Source of the DNA: Selaginella moellendorffii
Lineage: Eukaryota > Plantae > Lycopodiophyta
Assembly (NCBI RefSeq): GCF_000143415.4
Contig: NW_003314303.1
Location: 310,460-374,459, forward strand
Direction of reading: 5' to 3'
DNA length: 64,000 bases
Made by a program: the position numbers and the translations under genes. The notes beneath the pieces were generated by a model, which did no database searches, had not been told where the DNA came from, and saw only the letters and a program-made list of their open reading frames with translations. Shown in pieces: positions 37,586 through 51,107 of this stretch (positions are counted from its first letter, which is position 1; each line of letters begins with the position of its first letter).

Positions 37586-40329
37586 TATATGGTTGCAATT
37601 GAATAATGAAACTTAGTTGATGGTAATATTCATAGTGTATAGTGCAACTTCTCTTGCCTTTGATGCCAATCCTTGCGTCCTGCTAAATTTCTTCAATGGG
37701 AATCTTGAGGATGATGCATACAGTGGGTTTGATCATTTTATGATAATTAATGATGCCCAACATTGATATAAGTTTCTCATATGTCTCAAGGGACGGCATT
37801 ATAATGGTACAATGGTTTGAGTGCAACCACTCATGTAAATTAGAACTTTCTCCTTAACATATAGACCCAATATTTCTAAATAGATCAAGTTGGGAATGTT
37901 GTGCTCAGTACTTCATCAAGATTTTATGAAACTTGTGCATACACTTGCCCCAACTACCCTTGATGATATTATTTACCTAGCACAATACTATAAAATCTCC
38001 TATGCCATATTTTTGAATTGTTTATAAATTTGTGAGTTTCATTGCTAGAGCTATCATGTGGCACTCTATTTTTTAAATGCTATTCCAAAAGGGAGGGATT
38101 CCTTTAACTTTAAAGAGTGCTAACAACTATTCTAAGTTGGTACTTGAACTTATATGAAACATCTGTTGCTATAGAATTAGAATGTGATGAGCATAAAGTG
38201 CATTAGAAAGTCATTATTTGTTACTGAATATTTATTTCATTCCTTTCTAAGAAGCAACACTTATCTAATCAACTACACCCTTTCCTTTCATGCAACATTA
38301 AAACCATCAATACTTCTATCTATAAATTAAAATATTTCATTCAGGTAGTTTAATTTATAGTTGTAATCCATAATATAAAATTGTAAGTTTAAAGCTGATC
38401 AAATTAAACTTTTATATCACTTTGATTAGAAATATTAAATAAAGTTAACTAATATTATGCAGAAGATAATAAAACATTATTTTTTGTTCTTTGAATTTAC
38501 TCTCATTGATAATTCACCTAAAATCATAATTATTTTTTAATTTTAATTTTTTTTATTTTCAAACATGACTATTTGATTTGGTTTTAATTTTTTTATGGAT
38601 TTAGTATATATAAAAATTGTTTAATGTACTCTTAAATATCTTTTCTTTCTTTACAATGCCACAATAATAGTAGAATATGTTATTATAAATATTTTTAATC
38701 TAATATGATTTTTATCAAACTCATTGCAACTAAAAGTGTAATGTTATAATTTATAATTTTATGTTATTCTTTGAGCTAATAGCTAAATTTTTATTTTCTT
38801 TGAAATTTTCATATAACTAAGATATTATTAAGAAATGGATTTGATAGATGTATATGTATGAGATAGCTTATACCATATTAGATACCATGTCATATATGAG
38901 ACATGAATGCATAATTTTATTATAAAGCATTAATACAGGTTTGTCTTAAAGCTTTACATGAGCTTTATCTTTTGTTTCAATAGTGTTTTATATCAATCCA
39001 TACCTAAGCATAAGGAAAATACCTTGTTAGTTCAAATAATAAATTAAGTATTTTACTAAAAACGTTAATGGTTGTGAGATAGAGTAAAATTATATGCCAC
39101 ATTTGTGAGAAAAATACAACTCAGCTGGTAAATATAGAAAAATTATTTTATTAAATATTTATATTAAATATTTTATAAAATAAAAATATTAATACATGTG
39201 TAAAACCTTTCTAACTAGAATATAAGTGACCAATAGATCAAGAGTATGTAACACATTTTTTAATTTATAATATATAAGATAACTACTATGAAAATTTAAT
39301 GATGAAGAGAAAAAATATTTGAGAAAGAAAAACTTAGAATAAGAAGAAAGAAACTTTATAGAAATAAAATATTAAAATATTAAAAATACTGGTTTATAAA
39401 GATTCCGGCAGGATTCACGAGATCCTTAGCCCCTCTTATTCAAGTGTTAGTAAATTGGACTTTGCATCTGTACTTGGCCGAAAGAGCATAAGGAAGGAAT
39501 TCCTAAGTGTCTATTTAGCCAAGCATACTTAGAACTTCTCATGAAAAGTGATTTAGGTTAAAAATTAGTAGAACAACTCAAAAATTAAATATCTATAAAG
39601 ATGACTATGGTTCATTAGGATTATAATTAGGTAATATTATCCACATTTTGTCTTAGGTGATTCATATATCTGATTTCATTGTTTGAGAGTGAAGTGGCAA
39701 AAGACTGACATCTTTATGAAATATCTACTTGTGTCATTCTGACCTTGTAAGCATTGTTTTGTAGTCAAGCAAAGCCACAAAGGCTACAACAGGCAGTACA
39801 ATGTACTACTATTTAACTATTTATTAGAACAAGAAAATATCATACTACACCTTACAGTTTCTCATTCCTTAGACATTCCTCAGATGCTGCTCATAGATTT
39901 CCAGAAGTTGTAACTTAACTACTATAAAACATGAAAGAAGTAGCAAAAAAGTACCATTCATGTTTTAAAGGTTTTTTTCCATTATTGGAAGATATCCAGA
40001 GGAAGTTAACACTTTAGAGCCTCACAAGCACCTCATAAATTTCCCTTAAAGAGATGATGTGCAATTTAATGGTTCTTGATGAATACCTGACAGTTTGAAT
40101 CTGTCTTGAACATGTCTTCATTAGGTCCATTGGAGCAAAGGGTAAACATAAATGCAGAGTTTTCATAAATAGCATTTCCTTCCAAAATACAGAAGTGACA
40201 GGGGTGAATTAGAATAGTGGAGGCATGAGAATACATAGGGTATCATCTTGTATGAGGTACAATTTAGTAGAATACTTTTTTCTTTCTTAATTACAGAAGT
40301 TTTGAAACTTTTACAGTGGCCTAAAGATG

Positions 40330-41410
40330 AAAGATTGTATGAAATTGTAAATGTCTATTTTCACTTTCTCGAGCACATCAGGATTTTGCTTTAGGAAACC
40401 ATCAGCCATCGAGTTGTGACCAGCGTTTATGTACATGTTGAGCATGTCTATGATTTCAGCACTTCCAGAGACTCTCCTTTGTCATCCAGCTCATCCATGA
40501 GCAACAAAAGAATGCTTGTTTCCTGTGGCTTTTGGAAGCTCTTCGCTAGGTCTTGGATAAGCTTGATGACCTTTCACCTGGTCTGAGAATGGGAAAACAT
40601 CACAAAACTATGTAGGACAATGCATATGGCTTTTACCTTCAAGGCTTTGTTGTAGGCAGTGTTGGGGAAGTTGATGGGGAAAGCCTGAATGCCTTGGTTG
40701 ACAGTACAAGGAGAAAATCTCATTCACATCAAGACTGGAGTCTTTCCTATATAAAATGTAGAGGACAGTTAGATATGTGAACTGTCATATCAGAAAAAAC
40801 CAGTATCAACGAGAAAAATAAGACAAAGAGGAAGTAAACATACCCTTCTCATCTCGGTAAGAAGAACAATCTTATACTGCATAGGCCACCTTGCAAGGCA
40901 TGCTATTATAGGGGCATATACTGCTTAAGAGCTTTGAGATTGTTCACAGTGACTCAGTAAGCTTCTGGAGCTTCAAGTAGATCTCTTCAGTTAATCCCGC
41001 AAACAGATTTCGTCCAATGAGCACAACAGTGCTCTTTGGCCATCCTGTCTCAAAGCTGTCTTTGGAGAGCACGAATTTGCATGCCTCCGGTGTGGCAACC
41101 AGGATGGTGGGCTGCTAGAACAGAAATGCCTTGTAAAACCCACTTGATTATACCTGAAACCAAGAAGTGACCCATGAAAGAGTATGGTAATCCAGACTTG
41201 AAGGCTCTAAGAAAAGCAGCCATGTTGATAAAGACGGGCCATCCAAGTGGACCCGGTGGAAGTGGAGGCCGTCCTGGCTTGAGCACTGGCTCATAGTACC
41301 ACTTGTTTAAAAATCTCAAGAATGTCGGCAAAGCAGTCACTGCCATGTTGCTTCCAGTGAACAACTTGGAGGAGGAAGAACCCCATAAAGGTACAGCATT
41401 GACACTCAAC
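40330..41410 (-). pseudogene. KAO: Cytochrome P450 CYP88A (ent-kaurenoic acid oxidase-like) 5' fragment
   Basis: WYYEP...LPPGPLGWPVFINMAAFLRAFKSG, PTILVATPEACKFVL...FETGWPKSTV and I-helix-like IIDMLNMYINAGH. Frameshifts and stops are present, and no heme-binding C-terminus was seen. Confidence 0.8.
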
Positions 41411-42129
41411 TATGGCGTCTGATTAATTGAGTGGCCAGTCACGTTCATATCAGTGGCTCCAGTGACAATAACTCAAGAGCACCATTGCTGTATTGGCAGT
41501 GCACTCCTCGTTGAGAAATTTCAAGCAAATACTGGATATTTTGATCGGCTTCAAAACTGTTAAAAAGTAATAAAACACAAAATTTCAGGATTGTATCCCA
41601 TCCAGGTCACTGCAAGAATATGGCAACCATAAAAACCAAAATAAATAAATCCCAGCCTTTCTGCCACTCCTGGGAATAAGAAGGGGGACCTGCAATAGGA
41701 AAAACGGGCTGTAAAACACACAAGCACCTCCAAAAGCTCATTCATTGGAAATAAGAACAACTACTTTTTCTAGAATTTGACATATTCTACTTTACCATAA
41801 ATTACCTGGACACAGTGTCATGAGTTTAAGGTTGATTAAACCTGCAACCCTTATATGTGCTGAGATTACTTCATTTTCACATTTTCACATTTTCATGTTC
41901 CGATCCATCTTTTTTTCCTACACAAACATCAAACATCAGTAAGTGATCCACATCAATGAGAAAGAAAAGTGCCACAAAGATATCAGAGTCAATAACAATA
42001 AAAATAATAGTTGTATTGATTGTGAGCCATCAACTTAAATGCCACAGCAGTTTGTAAAAATAATCACAAGACTACATGTGTAGTTTACAATGGCACAAAA
42101 GGGAAGAGACCTCTCTTACCTCACTCATT

Positions 42130-43300
42130 TGATCAAGAAAAACATGACTTGTCATCTTTCTCTCTAGAACATACACAAAGTGAGCAAATGAAAGGAGTTA
42201 AGAATGTAAAGGCACACATACCTGGTGAGCTCGATGACACAGCAAAATTGTCCATGCCAACACCAATCCTAGAAGCCCCACCTCGATCAGGCTGCTTGCA
42301 TTCTAGAATTGCTGCTGGATCATCACTGCCATCTTCACTTGGACTGGGACTCAGCTCGAAAGTAACGATGTTTGTCGAGATAAATGCTCCTTTCTTCATG
42401 AATGACAAATATCATTGGTGTTATTCAGACTAGGAAGGACCATCTCCATTATAAAGCCACACTAATAAAGAAAAGAGCATAAGTGAAAGCAATGGAAAAC
42501 ATGAGAGCAATACCAAGCAAGAAAAGAACAAGAGAAGGAAGCAAGAATGGATGTTAGAGTTCTATACTTGAATTTTACCATTGGTGCTGCCAAGGTTTCA
42601 CTGCCACCAAGGCCAACAAGCCCAATTTCTGTCTAGCTGCTCGCCTAAAGAGATCGCAGGATTTTGCAACTTCTACCACATTCTGTTCATCATTTGGTTT
42701 TACTGTTACTTTGAAAGATTGAATCAGCAACTCACCACAACTGAGAATAGTTTGAACCAGCTACATTCTGGCACATAAGAAAATTGGTATGCTATTCACA
42801 TGGAATCACGTCAAGGAGTGAGCAACTAAAACTAAGCTTTTCACCAAGGCAAGAACAAATAAAAAATGAAATAAAATTACCAGTCCTCCCCCCTGGGTCA
42901 TGTTTGCAAGTGAATCCAAGCGTTTCCTTGCTGGCCTGGCATACTCACAAGAAGAGGACAACAGAAGGCCAAGCAGATAAATGCTAATTGCTGACCCACT
43001 GCATTGGTCAGTGCCGGGTGCTTCCTGGCCTGAGTGGCATGACACAAGATCAGATCACCCGAAAGAACACAAAACCTGAGGAGTTACCTGCTAGTTTCCA
43101 GAGCTTTCTCATGGAACCCAAGGAGAGCCTCTTCCCGCAATAGTCCACTTTCTTTTTTATTGAAATGACCGAGGAAACAAACAGCCTGTCAAACACACTT
43201 GAGGAGAGTTACTTACCTCCTAAACTTGATCAGCTGCTGATGGTGAACGTACCACCTGGCTCTCTTCAATCTTGGCATATGCAACTCACTGTCCTTAGGA
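42130..43300 (-). pseudogene. Unidentified spliced gene fragment
   Basis: Short GT-AG-bounded exon-like segments (e.g. VAYAKIEESQVVRSPSAADQV*E and AVCFLGHFNKKESGLLREEALL) containing stops. Confidence 0.35.
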
Positions 43301-43825
43301 AATAAAAAGGTTCTGCAGGATGCTCGTCAATGCTCTAGTATGGAGCGTTGAGCTTGTTCACCACATGCAAACCAGCCAGTTCTTGCCTCTCTAGGAAGAT
43401 CCTTTTGACAGCAGAATAGTATGCAATGGACAGCTCAATCCAGGGCATTGGAATTTGAAGACATCGCAGCCAATTTTTGCATCTACAAGAACAAACAATG
43501 GAGGCTGAAGTGGAATCCAGAAAATCTTACCTTCCATATACCAACTTATAGCATGGCAGGAGAGTCCCACAGCCAAGTAGAGAGAGAGAGAGAGACAGGG
43601 AGAAAGCTTGCAGCTCACAATCTGCCCTAAAAATTTCCTTGATTTGGAGCATCATTAAAATCACATTGAAGCGTTGCCACCCCTTTGGCACTTGATCTAT
43701 GCTGTCTATTTGAAGTTTTTGAATTTGAACCGTTAGATTATGAGCATATTCACAAATAATATTCTAAAAATGGAATAAAAGACTCCAGATTCGATATACC
43801 AATAGCACTTTTAAATAAGGGAGTA

Positions 43826-43852
43826 TTAGCAAAAGTCCCAGCTACGCTGGGA
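43826..43852 (-). mobile_element. Helitron 3' terminus (hairpin plus CTAA|T)
   Basis: Minus strand reads TCCCAGC-GTA-GCTGGGA, a short spacer, then CTAA followed by T. It lies downstream of the RepHel fragment. Confidence 0.7.
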
Positions 43853-45207
43853 GGATTGTGTTTATTTCTGATGTTTTAGTAATTTCAAAGAGTTGTAATT
43901 GTAATTGTAATTTTTAACATAATCATTTTGATAATATACATAGTTAAACATTTTTATATTTAAATATATTTATATTTAAAATCCCTTCTACAATTGGCTT
44001 TATCAGCAACACATATCATAAAGAAATAACTATAACTCATAACATTATATTACATTTAAAATTCTGTTTGTTGAGTGAATTTTTGGATCTTCTATAAATG
44101 GAATTGCTCAATGTGGGATCATATGGCCAGATGAGTCATTTAGAGATTAAGGTTTGGTAAATAATTTTTTCTTTTATTTAAAATCTATATAATTGATAAA
44201 AAAAAATGTTTCATTCAGCTCTAAAATTTTTCCTCTTAATAAAATAAGTGTTACTTAATTACACTAAAATATAATGATATTAAAAATAAATATTTAAAAT
44301 TCATTTAAACTACACACATCTAAAATATAAACATTGTTATAGAGTTTAGTTTTTAGATTGAAAGTTTTGGAATTGTATGATACTAAGTGAAAGATGTTAC
44401 CTTTATGTGTTATATTTTATTTTAATAACTTTTAATATTTTATAATTATTTTATTATATTTTAATTATTTTATTATAAAAATTATATTTTATTTTACACT
44501 GGTAGCATCATGTACCTCATCTTGTACACATCATGAAAAAACACCTTGAAATTTAAAAAAACACTAACATAATAACAGTAATAGGGTAAGCTTTTTAAGA
44601 TTGGAGCCATTGTCTTATTACTATCTTTCTTTTGATATGTAGAATACCAAGACATAAAGTGTGCTGGATAAGACAGTTAGAGGTAATTACTTCTTGTTTA
44701 ACACTAACAAAGCATTGTGTGATCATGCAGGTCTTTTACGATAGAATTGTTATAGTGATATGGAATAAAGGGTGGAAGTAAGCATTAATTAGGAACAATT
44801 GTAGATTGGAATTGATGTACAGAATAGATTTAATAAATATAATTTTTGTTACATATAAATATGTGAATTAATAAAGAATTTTAAATATTAAACTTATAAT
44901 GTTATCACTAATGTATAGTTTTAATACTGTATTATGATATTATCACTAAAAATATCATTACTGTAATATAAATATTATAAAATATATATAGTTTAATAGT
45001 ATAATTTGAATTTTAGTACATAAACTAAATTTGTTTTCTAAAACTACACGTCTATGATATAGATCATACCAGATATAACATGTCATATAGAGCAAAGTAC
45101 AAAATAATTAACACTTTTGTTGCCACCATAGGCATCTATATAAATGTATAATCTTTTAAAGCTTTAGCTTCTTCCTTTCACAGAATATTAAGTTTTTGGA
45201 TTTTCAC

Positions 45208-45830
45208 TCATGCTGCCAAATGAAGATCTGGTCTGAAACTTCTAATATTATAATAAATTTGTCCATGTATTTTAAAATAATAGCCACCTACTGCAATCTC
45301 TTCGATGTTTGCACCCATTGATGCAAATGCTAATGCACTATTATAATTTCGTATTAAATATTTAAAATTTCCTTGCTGTGGTGTTTCTTCCAGCAGTTTA
45401 TGGATGAATTGAGGAAAAGGATGTGAATTTCTAATTGATATTCTCCCATCATAACAACAGTTGAAAACACTTTCCATCATAAAAAAAAGGGCCTTACAAT
45501 ATATGCATTGTTTTTCCATCTTACCAAGATAATGTTGCTCACATTTTCCATTTTCATTCTCTGACATTAAACCCATGTATTTCTTCCGTCTCACTGCCCT
45601 ACAAGCAGTAGTTGTAGGAATACAGGAAATCATGTGACAGAAATTGCCAGTTGACATAACATCTCCAATTTCACATATTCTGCAAGCATTGTTTTTGCCC
45701 ATATTAGTTTCCAAACAAATCTCCATGTTAGTGGTAAAGGTATGAGTTCTTGATTTTGAGTAGCATTTGCTACAATTACATCCCCTTCTAAAATGGCATC
45801 CACAGTTTTCCGCTTTCTTTTGCGGCCCAT
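45208..45830 (-). pseudogene. Helitron Rep/helicase N-terminal fragment
   Basis: HYLGKMEKQCIYCKALFF...CC.DG, IRNYNSALAFASMGA and FKIHGQIYY are typical RepHel N-terminal motifs. Truncated. Confidence 0.88.
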
Positions 45831-46799
45831 TTCCAGCTAGTTATTTCAATTTGTATAATAGGCTAGTAGATTTCAGCAAAGTAGAATAGCTTTGGTAGGT
45901 GTTAGTTCTGTTTAGATCATCATGCAACAATGCTGTTTCTTATTGATAAGTTTATTTTGGTTTTTTTTTCTGTTTTGTATTCAAGCAAACATAGCAAATA
46001 GCACAATAGAATAGAGATTCTTGTATATGCAGGTCACTCTTCTGAACTGTTTTCTGCCCGCATGTTTCCTTTTGAATGTTTTAAGCGTTTTTAGGATCGT
46101 CATCTGGAACGACATATAGATATTTTGTTTTTTACCTAAAACCTTTACGAGAGAGAGAAAAACACAATAAAATCAAACACGGAAATCATTTCTATGCCCT
46201 GAGTTAATGTACAGATATCATGTACTGAATCAAACCAAGCTCATGGCTTCAAAATTGTGTCTATAAACACGTACATACACAACAGTTTATTTGATGCTAT
46301 CTTATTCTTTCAGAAATGGCTTTTTTAAAAACAGTTCATGGCTTTGTATGTAAGAAAGTAGAGTAGGCTGCCATGTAGAGCTCCAATCCTTGTTCTCAAC
46401 CACCTCAGCTGCCATGTACTTTGCTGTTGTGATATCTCCTAAAGGTGCTGATCACCACTTTGTTGCGCATGTTTATCTTGGAAAGAATGTTGTCGAGCTT
46501 TAGATCCTGGACCAATCTTCTCGCAAATATGCTATATTTAAAAGACCAAATAATTATGGAATTAAGAAAGGAAGGCAATATTTCCACCAACGAATGTAAC
46601 CACTCAAGGAAAAATGCCCGTGCCCTGTCCAAAAGGAGACTCGGACAACACCACAAAGTCGGCAAACTTTCCTTGCGTCAGCGACCCAACCAAATCCTCC
46701 AATGCTATATTTTTGTAATGGAGGCAAAATGCAGTCATCTGCGTCAATGCGCACAATCCATGGTTTCTTCAGACTCCTCTTTGCTCGGTTTGGCCTTTA

Positions 46800-48563
46800 C
46801 TACGGCCTTTTGGACGTCCTGTGGTTTCCTCCTGTGATGTTTTTCTTCCTGGCGTTAGAGATTAACTGAGGATCAAACGAAACAAACCTCGCCATGTAAG
46901 ATTGCACTGCCTGAGCAAAGCCAGGCTTGTACGAGAAGAGCAGCCTACGGAAGAGCTTCCCATCGATGGAGGCTTCTAGCGTGTATCCGTAGTTGAATAC
47001 ATCACTTACTCTAGCCTCGAACATCTTCTTGCCTAGCGGCTGAACGTGAGCTTGAAACTCTGTAGCATGAGTTTGACAGGGAAAAATTGGAGAGGTCCAA
47101 GGTTTTCCGCAGATACCTCCGAGAGATGAAACCAAGCTCTTGTCCGCATCCCGTTGCTTGTCTAGCACGAATGGCATGGCACGATACTCTTGCCGCCTTC
47201 TCTTAAGTTCCTTACACATGGATAGCTTTGGTTCTGATGGATCTTTCTCCCTCAGCATCTCTTCACAGAAAAACGCCAACCATATTGTCAAGAATGGCAG
47301 CAATGTCAATAAAAGAAGAAGCCAACCTGTGTCGAGGAAATACATGTCATCCAGAGCTTCAAGCTCTTTGTTACATCCCCCATAGAAGAATAATATGCCT
47401 CGCTCTGCGTTCACGGAATCTCCTGCAAGGGAGAAACGCGGAGAAGGCCCGGGACCAGAGGGATTCAAAGTCGCCCAAACACCATTCTCTACAAAATACG
47501 TAAAAGCCCCATGAGAGACCAACAGGAAACAAATCTACCTACAAGCGCACGTACAGAAGTCGAGAGTATGGACGTCATTGAATAGCTTGCGATCATCGGA
47601 GAATCCTCCAAACACGACAAGATACTTTCCATGGCTGATTGTTGTGTGCCCGGCTCTTGGCATCAGCTCGGCACCAGTCGTCTTTACCTCCCGCCATGCC
47701 ATTGTTTCTGGAAACGCAAATGAATTCGCAAGTTTAAAACCAGCACAATGTATGTACCTGTGTCCAGAATATGAATGTCGTTTAGATAGGCATTACCACC
47801 GTCCTCGCCACCCATGACAATGAAACAGTTCTTATAGGAAGAGCAGGTATGGCTATCCCGAGGAATAGGTGAGACTCCAGTGATAGGAATCTTCTTCCAG
47901 ACAAAAGTATCTACAGGAAAAAAAAAAGTTTAGAAGAAAACAAGGAAAGATAACAGGATATTACTCGCGTTCAAAACATGGAGGTCGTTGTAGTACTCCT
48001 CCTCTAAGGGATCGCTGGATTTCCCACATCCCCCAAACACGAACAGGTTGTCACCGATGAGAGATGCGCTATGTCCTTCTTTCGGAGCAGGAACATCACC
48101 AAAAACGTCGGGTTTCCCCCAGGTGTTGGTAGCTGCATCGGATGATAAGAACAAGAAAAAAAATCAATAGAACTCGGAGCTTACCAGTATCCAAAACAAA
48201 GAGATCGTTTGGCGGGTTGCTTCCATCGGTCCCACCAAACACATAGAGCTTAGACCCGACGGCCATGGAGCTGTGGCTGTCCCGAGGAGAAGGGTGCGTT
48301 CCTTTCATCACAGGCTTGCTCCAGGTGTACGTCCCTGCGCGATCCCACCAAAAACATGATCAAAACCATATTTTCCGGAAAACCCAGAAGAGGAAACTTA
48401 TACCAATGTCGAAGACATGAACATCGTTGGTCTGGCACTCGTCCCGGCCGCAGCCACCGAAAATGTAGATGAGATTCCTGACCGCATTGCAGGTGTGGCC
48501 CCATTTGCACCCCGGCAGCTGCTGCTGGAGCTGATCGCTGGATCGACGAAGTGCTCACTTCAT
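46800..48563 (-). CDS. Kelch-repeat protein (multi-exon); codon 3 reads TGA, so possibly a pseudogene
   Basis: Repeated PxPRDSH/GH...YVFGG kelch blades in spliced exons, and C-terminal FEARVSDVFNYGYTLEASIDGK. Confidence 0.85.
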
Positions 48564-49728
48564 CTTTACCCTAAAATACAAGTGTAAACGCTGCAAAATA
48601 GAAATGCCTCTCAATGCATTAAAAACTTAAAACTGAAGAACAAGGAAGCGAACCGTGGACGAAAATTTCAATTTTTTCTCTTGGTTCCAGCCTCGAGCAC
48701 CTGGAACAAACAGGAATTTTAAGCCTCGAAAGAGAATAGCTAAGAGCAAGAGAGTGAAAACCTTGATTCTAGTCGTGGTTCCAGCCTTGAGAACCTGGAA
48801 CAAACAGGGACTTGAGAGATTCGAAAAAAGAATAGCGACGAGCAAGAGAGTGAAGAACCTTGATTCTAGTCGTCGATGACAACGTGAATCCCCTCGTTGT
48901 CCGAGACGTTGTCCCTGTCGTGAGCTCCATCCACCATAGCCTCTTCACCTTTCACTCCCAATCCTCGTCACATTTCCGAGCAGAGCACGTCGATCTACCG
49001 AATGCACCTGCGCAGGCGGATGCCGGCGGATTTGTTCCCTGCATAAGTCTGGAAGGCGTCGAGCCTGTTCTTGCTGATCATCGAGCACAACTATGGTGAC
49101 ACAGAGAAAGCCGTGAGCCTCTCAAACCTTTGCAAACGGAGAAACAAACACAACCTTGTTGTAATAGGCTGGGACTTTCAGCCGCTTAAGATCGTTATCC
49201 AGTGCCCTTCCCAGGACTTCTTCCGGAGCTGTCCAAAAATGAACGCGTTAGAGTTTTTTCTAGTGTCTAAATCAAAGGAACTCACTTAAAGGTGTTGGAT
49301 AAGGAACAAATGTAGGTTGCGGCTTTTGGTAGGAGGTTTTTGGTCCCTCGCCAGGCTCAACGCCGCCATTGCTGCGATTGGCTGGAATATCTTGGTCATC
49401 CTGGAACATCTCAAGTTAGAATCGCAGGGACGACGATAGGGGGGTCGAGACTCTTTTACCAGATGATATTCTGCGTTGAGTACTTTTTCCATAAGTGCGA
49501 CTCGTTTCTTCACGAACTCAATAATTCTCCTGTTGAAGAACACTTTGGCGTCGGTTAAATGATTGTCATCATGGCCATTAACCACGGTATCCTGAGCTTT
49601 TGAACTCGAGAATGAACCAACTGGTGGCAGCTTCAGTTCTTCACGTACAGCTGACTCTAGCCTTCTAAATCATTCCATGGTTCTTTGAATGGTCCACCAG
49701 GAAAGTATGATCCGAAATCTAGACCTCA

Positions 49729-49731
<3 letters not shown>

Positions 49732-49764
<33 letters not shown>
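49732..49764. repeat. (AG)n microsatellite
   Basis: Read directly from the sequence. Confidence 0.95.
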
Positions 49765-49767
<3 letters not shown>

Positions 49768-51107
49768 CTTCCCGCTAACAATGATCGACGCTCTCTCCTC
49801 GTGGTCACGCGCCCTAAAAGACATTTGAAATATTTTATGGTCCCAAAATTTACATTGTTTAATTTCAGGTGTTAGATTTTGGCATATGCCCAGAATAAGT
49901 GTCCCCAGTATATGCTATTATTATACCAGCTCTTTAGAACTTAACTCCATAAAAAGATGGTAGCTAAGATAAATACTAGGGCATAAGCCATGGGTTTTGT
50001 CCCTCTGTGAACGCTTTGTCTATAAAGGGACCATGAACTAGGAATGGAAGTTTTCATTAAGGACATCAAAGCAGCGGAGACCTATGTGGGCACTGTTCAA
50101 GAAAATCTATATTGGAAAGCAATCGATGTTGGCTCGTACCTTGGGGAGAAGCTCTACCACGTTCACTGCAAAGATTCCAGCAAGCAGTCTTAGTTCTTCG
50201 TCCTCCCAGAGATTGCCTTGTAGAACTGTCCGAATCCGTCTGTGATTATAATGCAAAATTTGCAATCAGGTAGGCTCGAGTATCTGCACAACCACCATGA
50301 GATCACTGAAAGACACAAGCAAAGGGGAAGTGCATTGGCAGGATTATCTTGAACATGGCATGAAACTCTGCCAGTGCATCTGGGAGCCGGATGAATCGTA
50401 TGACGCTCTCAGCAGGGTCTACCAGCATGCAGCACGATTCGTGCTCAGCCACTGCACCACACAAGGCTCAACTTTACGAAGTACTGCCAGTACCAAAGGA
50501 ACAAAGCTCCAAGATCTGATTCATGCCCAGCAGATGGCATCAAGTTGCCCGACTTGATCTTCCGTCTAGGCACTATGTTTTTCACGGATAATGCATACGA
50601 GAGCTGTGACATCTATGTGGAGATCAAAGACGACCTCTCCAAGCTTGAAGAGGCACACGGCCAGGTTCTGGACAGGGCCGAGAAGGGTCGGAAAGGTGCT
50701 CGAGTTGAAAGGAAGGTGGTGCTGGGCGCTGCATCCACAGGTTTGCTGTTCGAACTGATGTTTGTGTTCATAGATGTTTGCCAAGGTAGCCGTGCCATCA
50801 TAGTGGCAGGTTTGGAGATCTCTGAAATGGGCAAGGGTATGATTGCCAGAGCTCCTCTTCCAGGTTTCTGTGCCATGCACATAGAAGCAGTTTCACTTTC
50901 AAGGCAGGAGCTAGTGTGCTAAAGCTGGGCCTTCCCGCAAGATCCCGTAAGAGAGGGCGAGCAGTATAAATGTAATCGATCAGAGGATTAAAGCGAAATA
51001 TTTGGTCAACTATAACGTCAACGATCAACAAACTAATACTTAAACCCTTCTCTTTAAAAACATAGCGCTATCCCTCGAGTTGTGGAGGACAAAACCAAGC
51101 TATCTTT

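Noticed and set aside
38300-39400. Very AT-rich tract as a regulatory or origin element
   Set aside because: No definable structure, and it is typical of Helitron or TE interiors.
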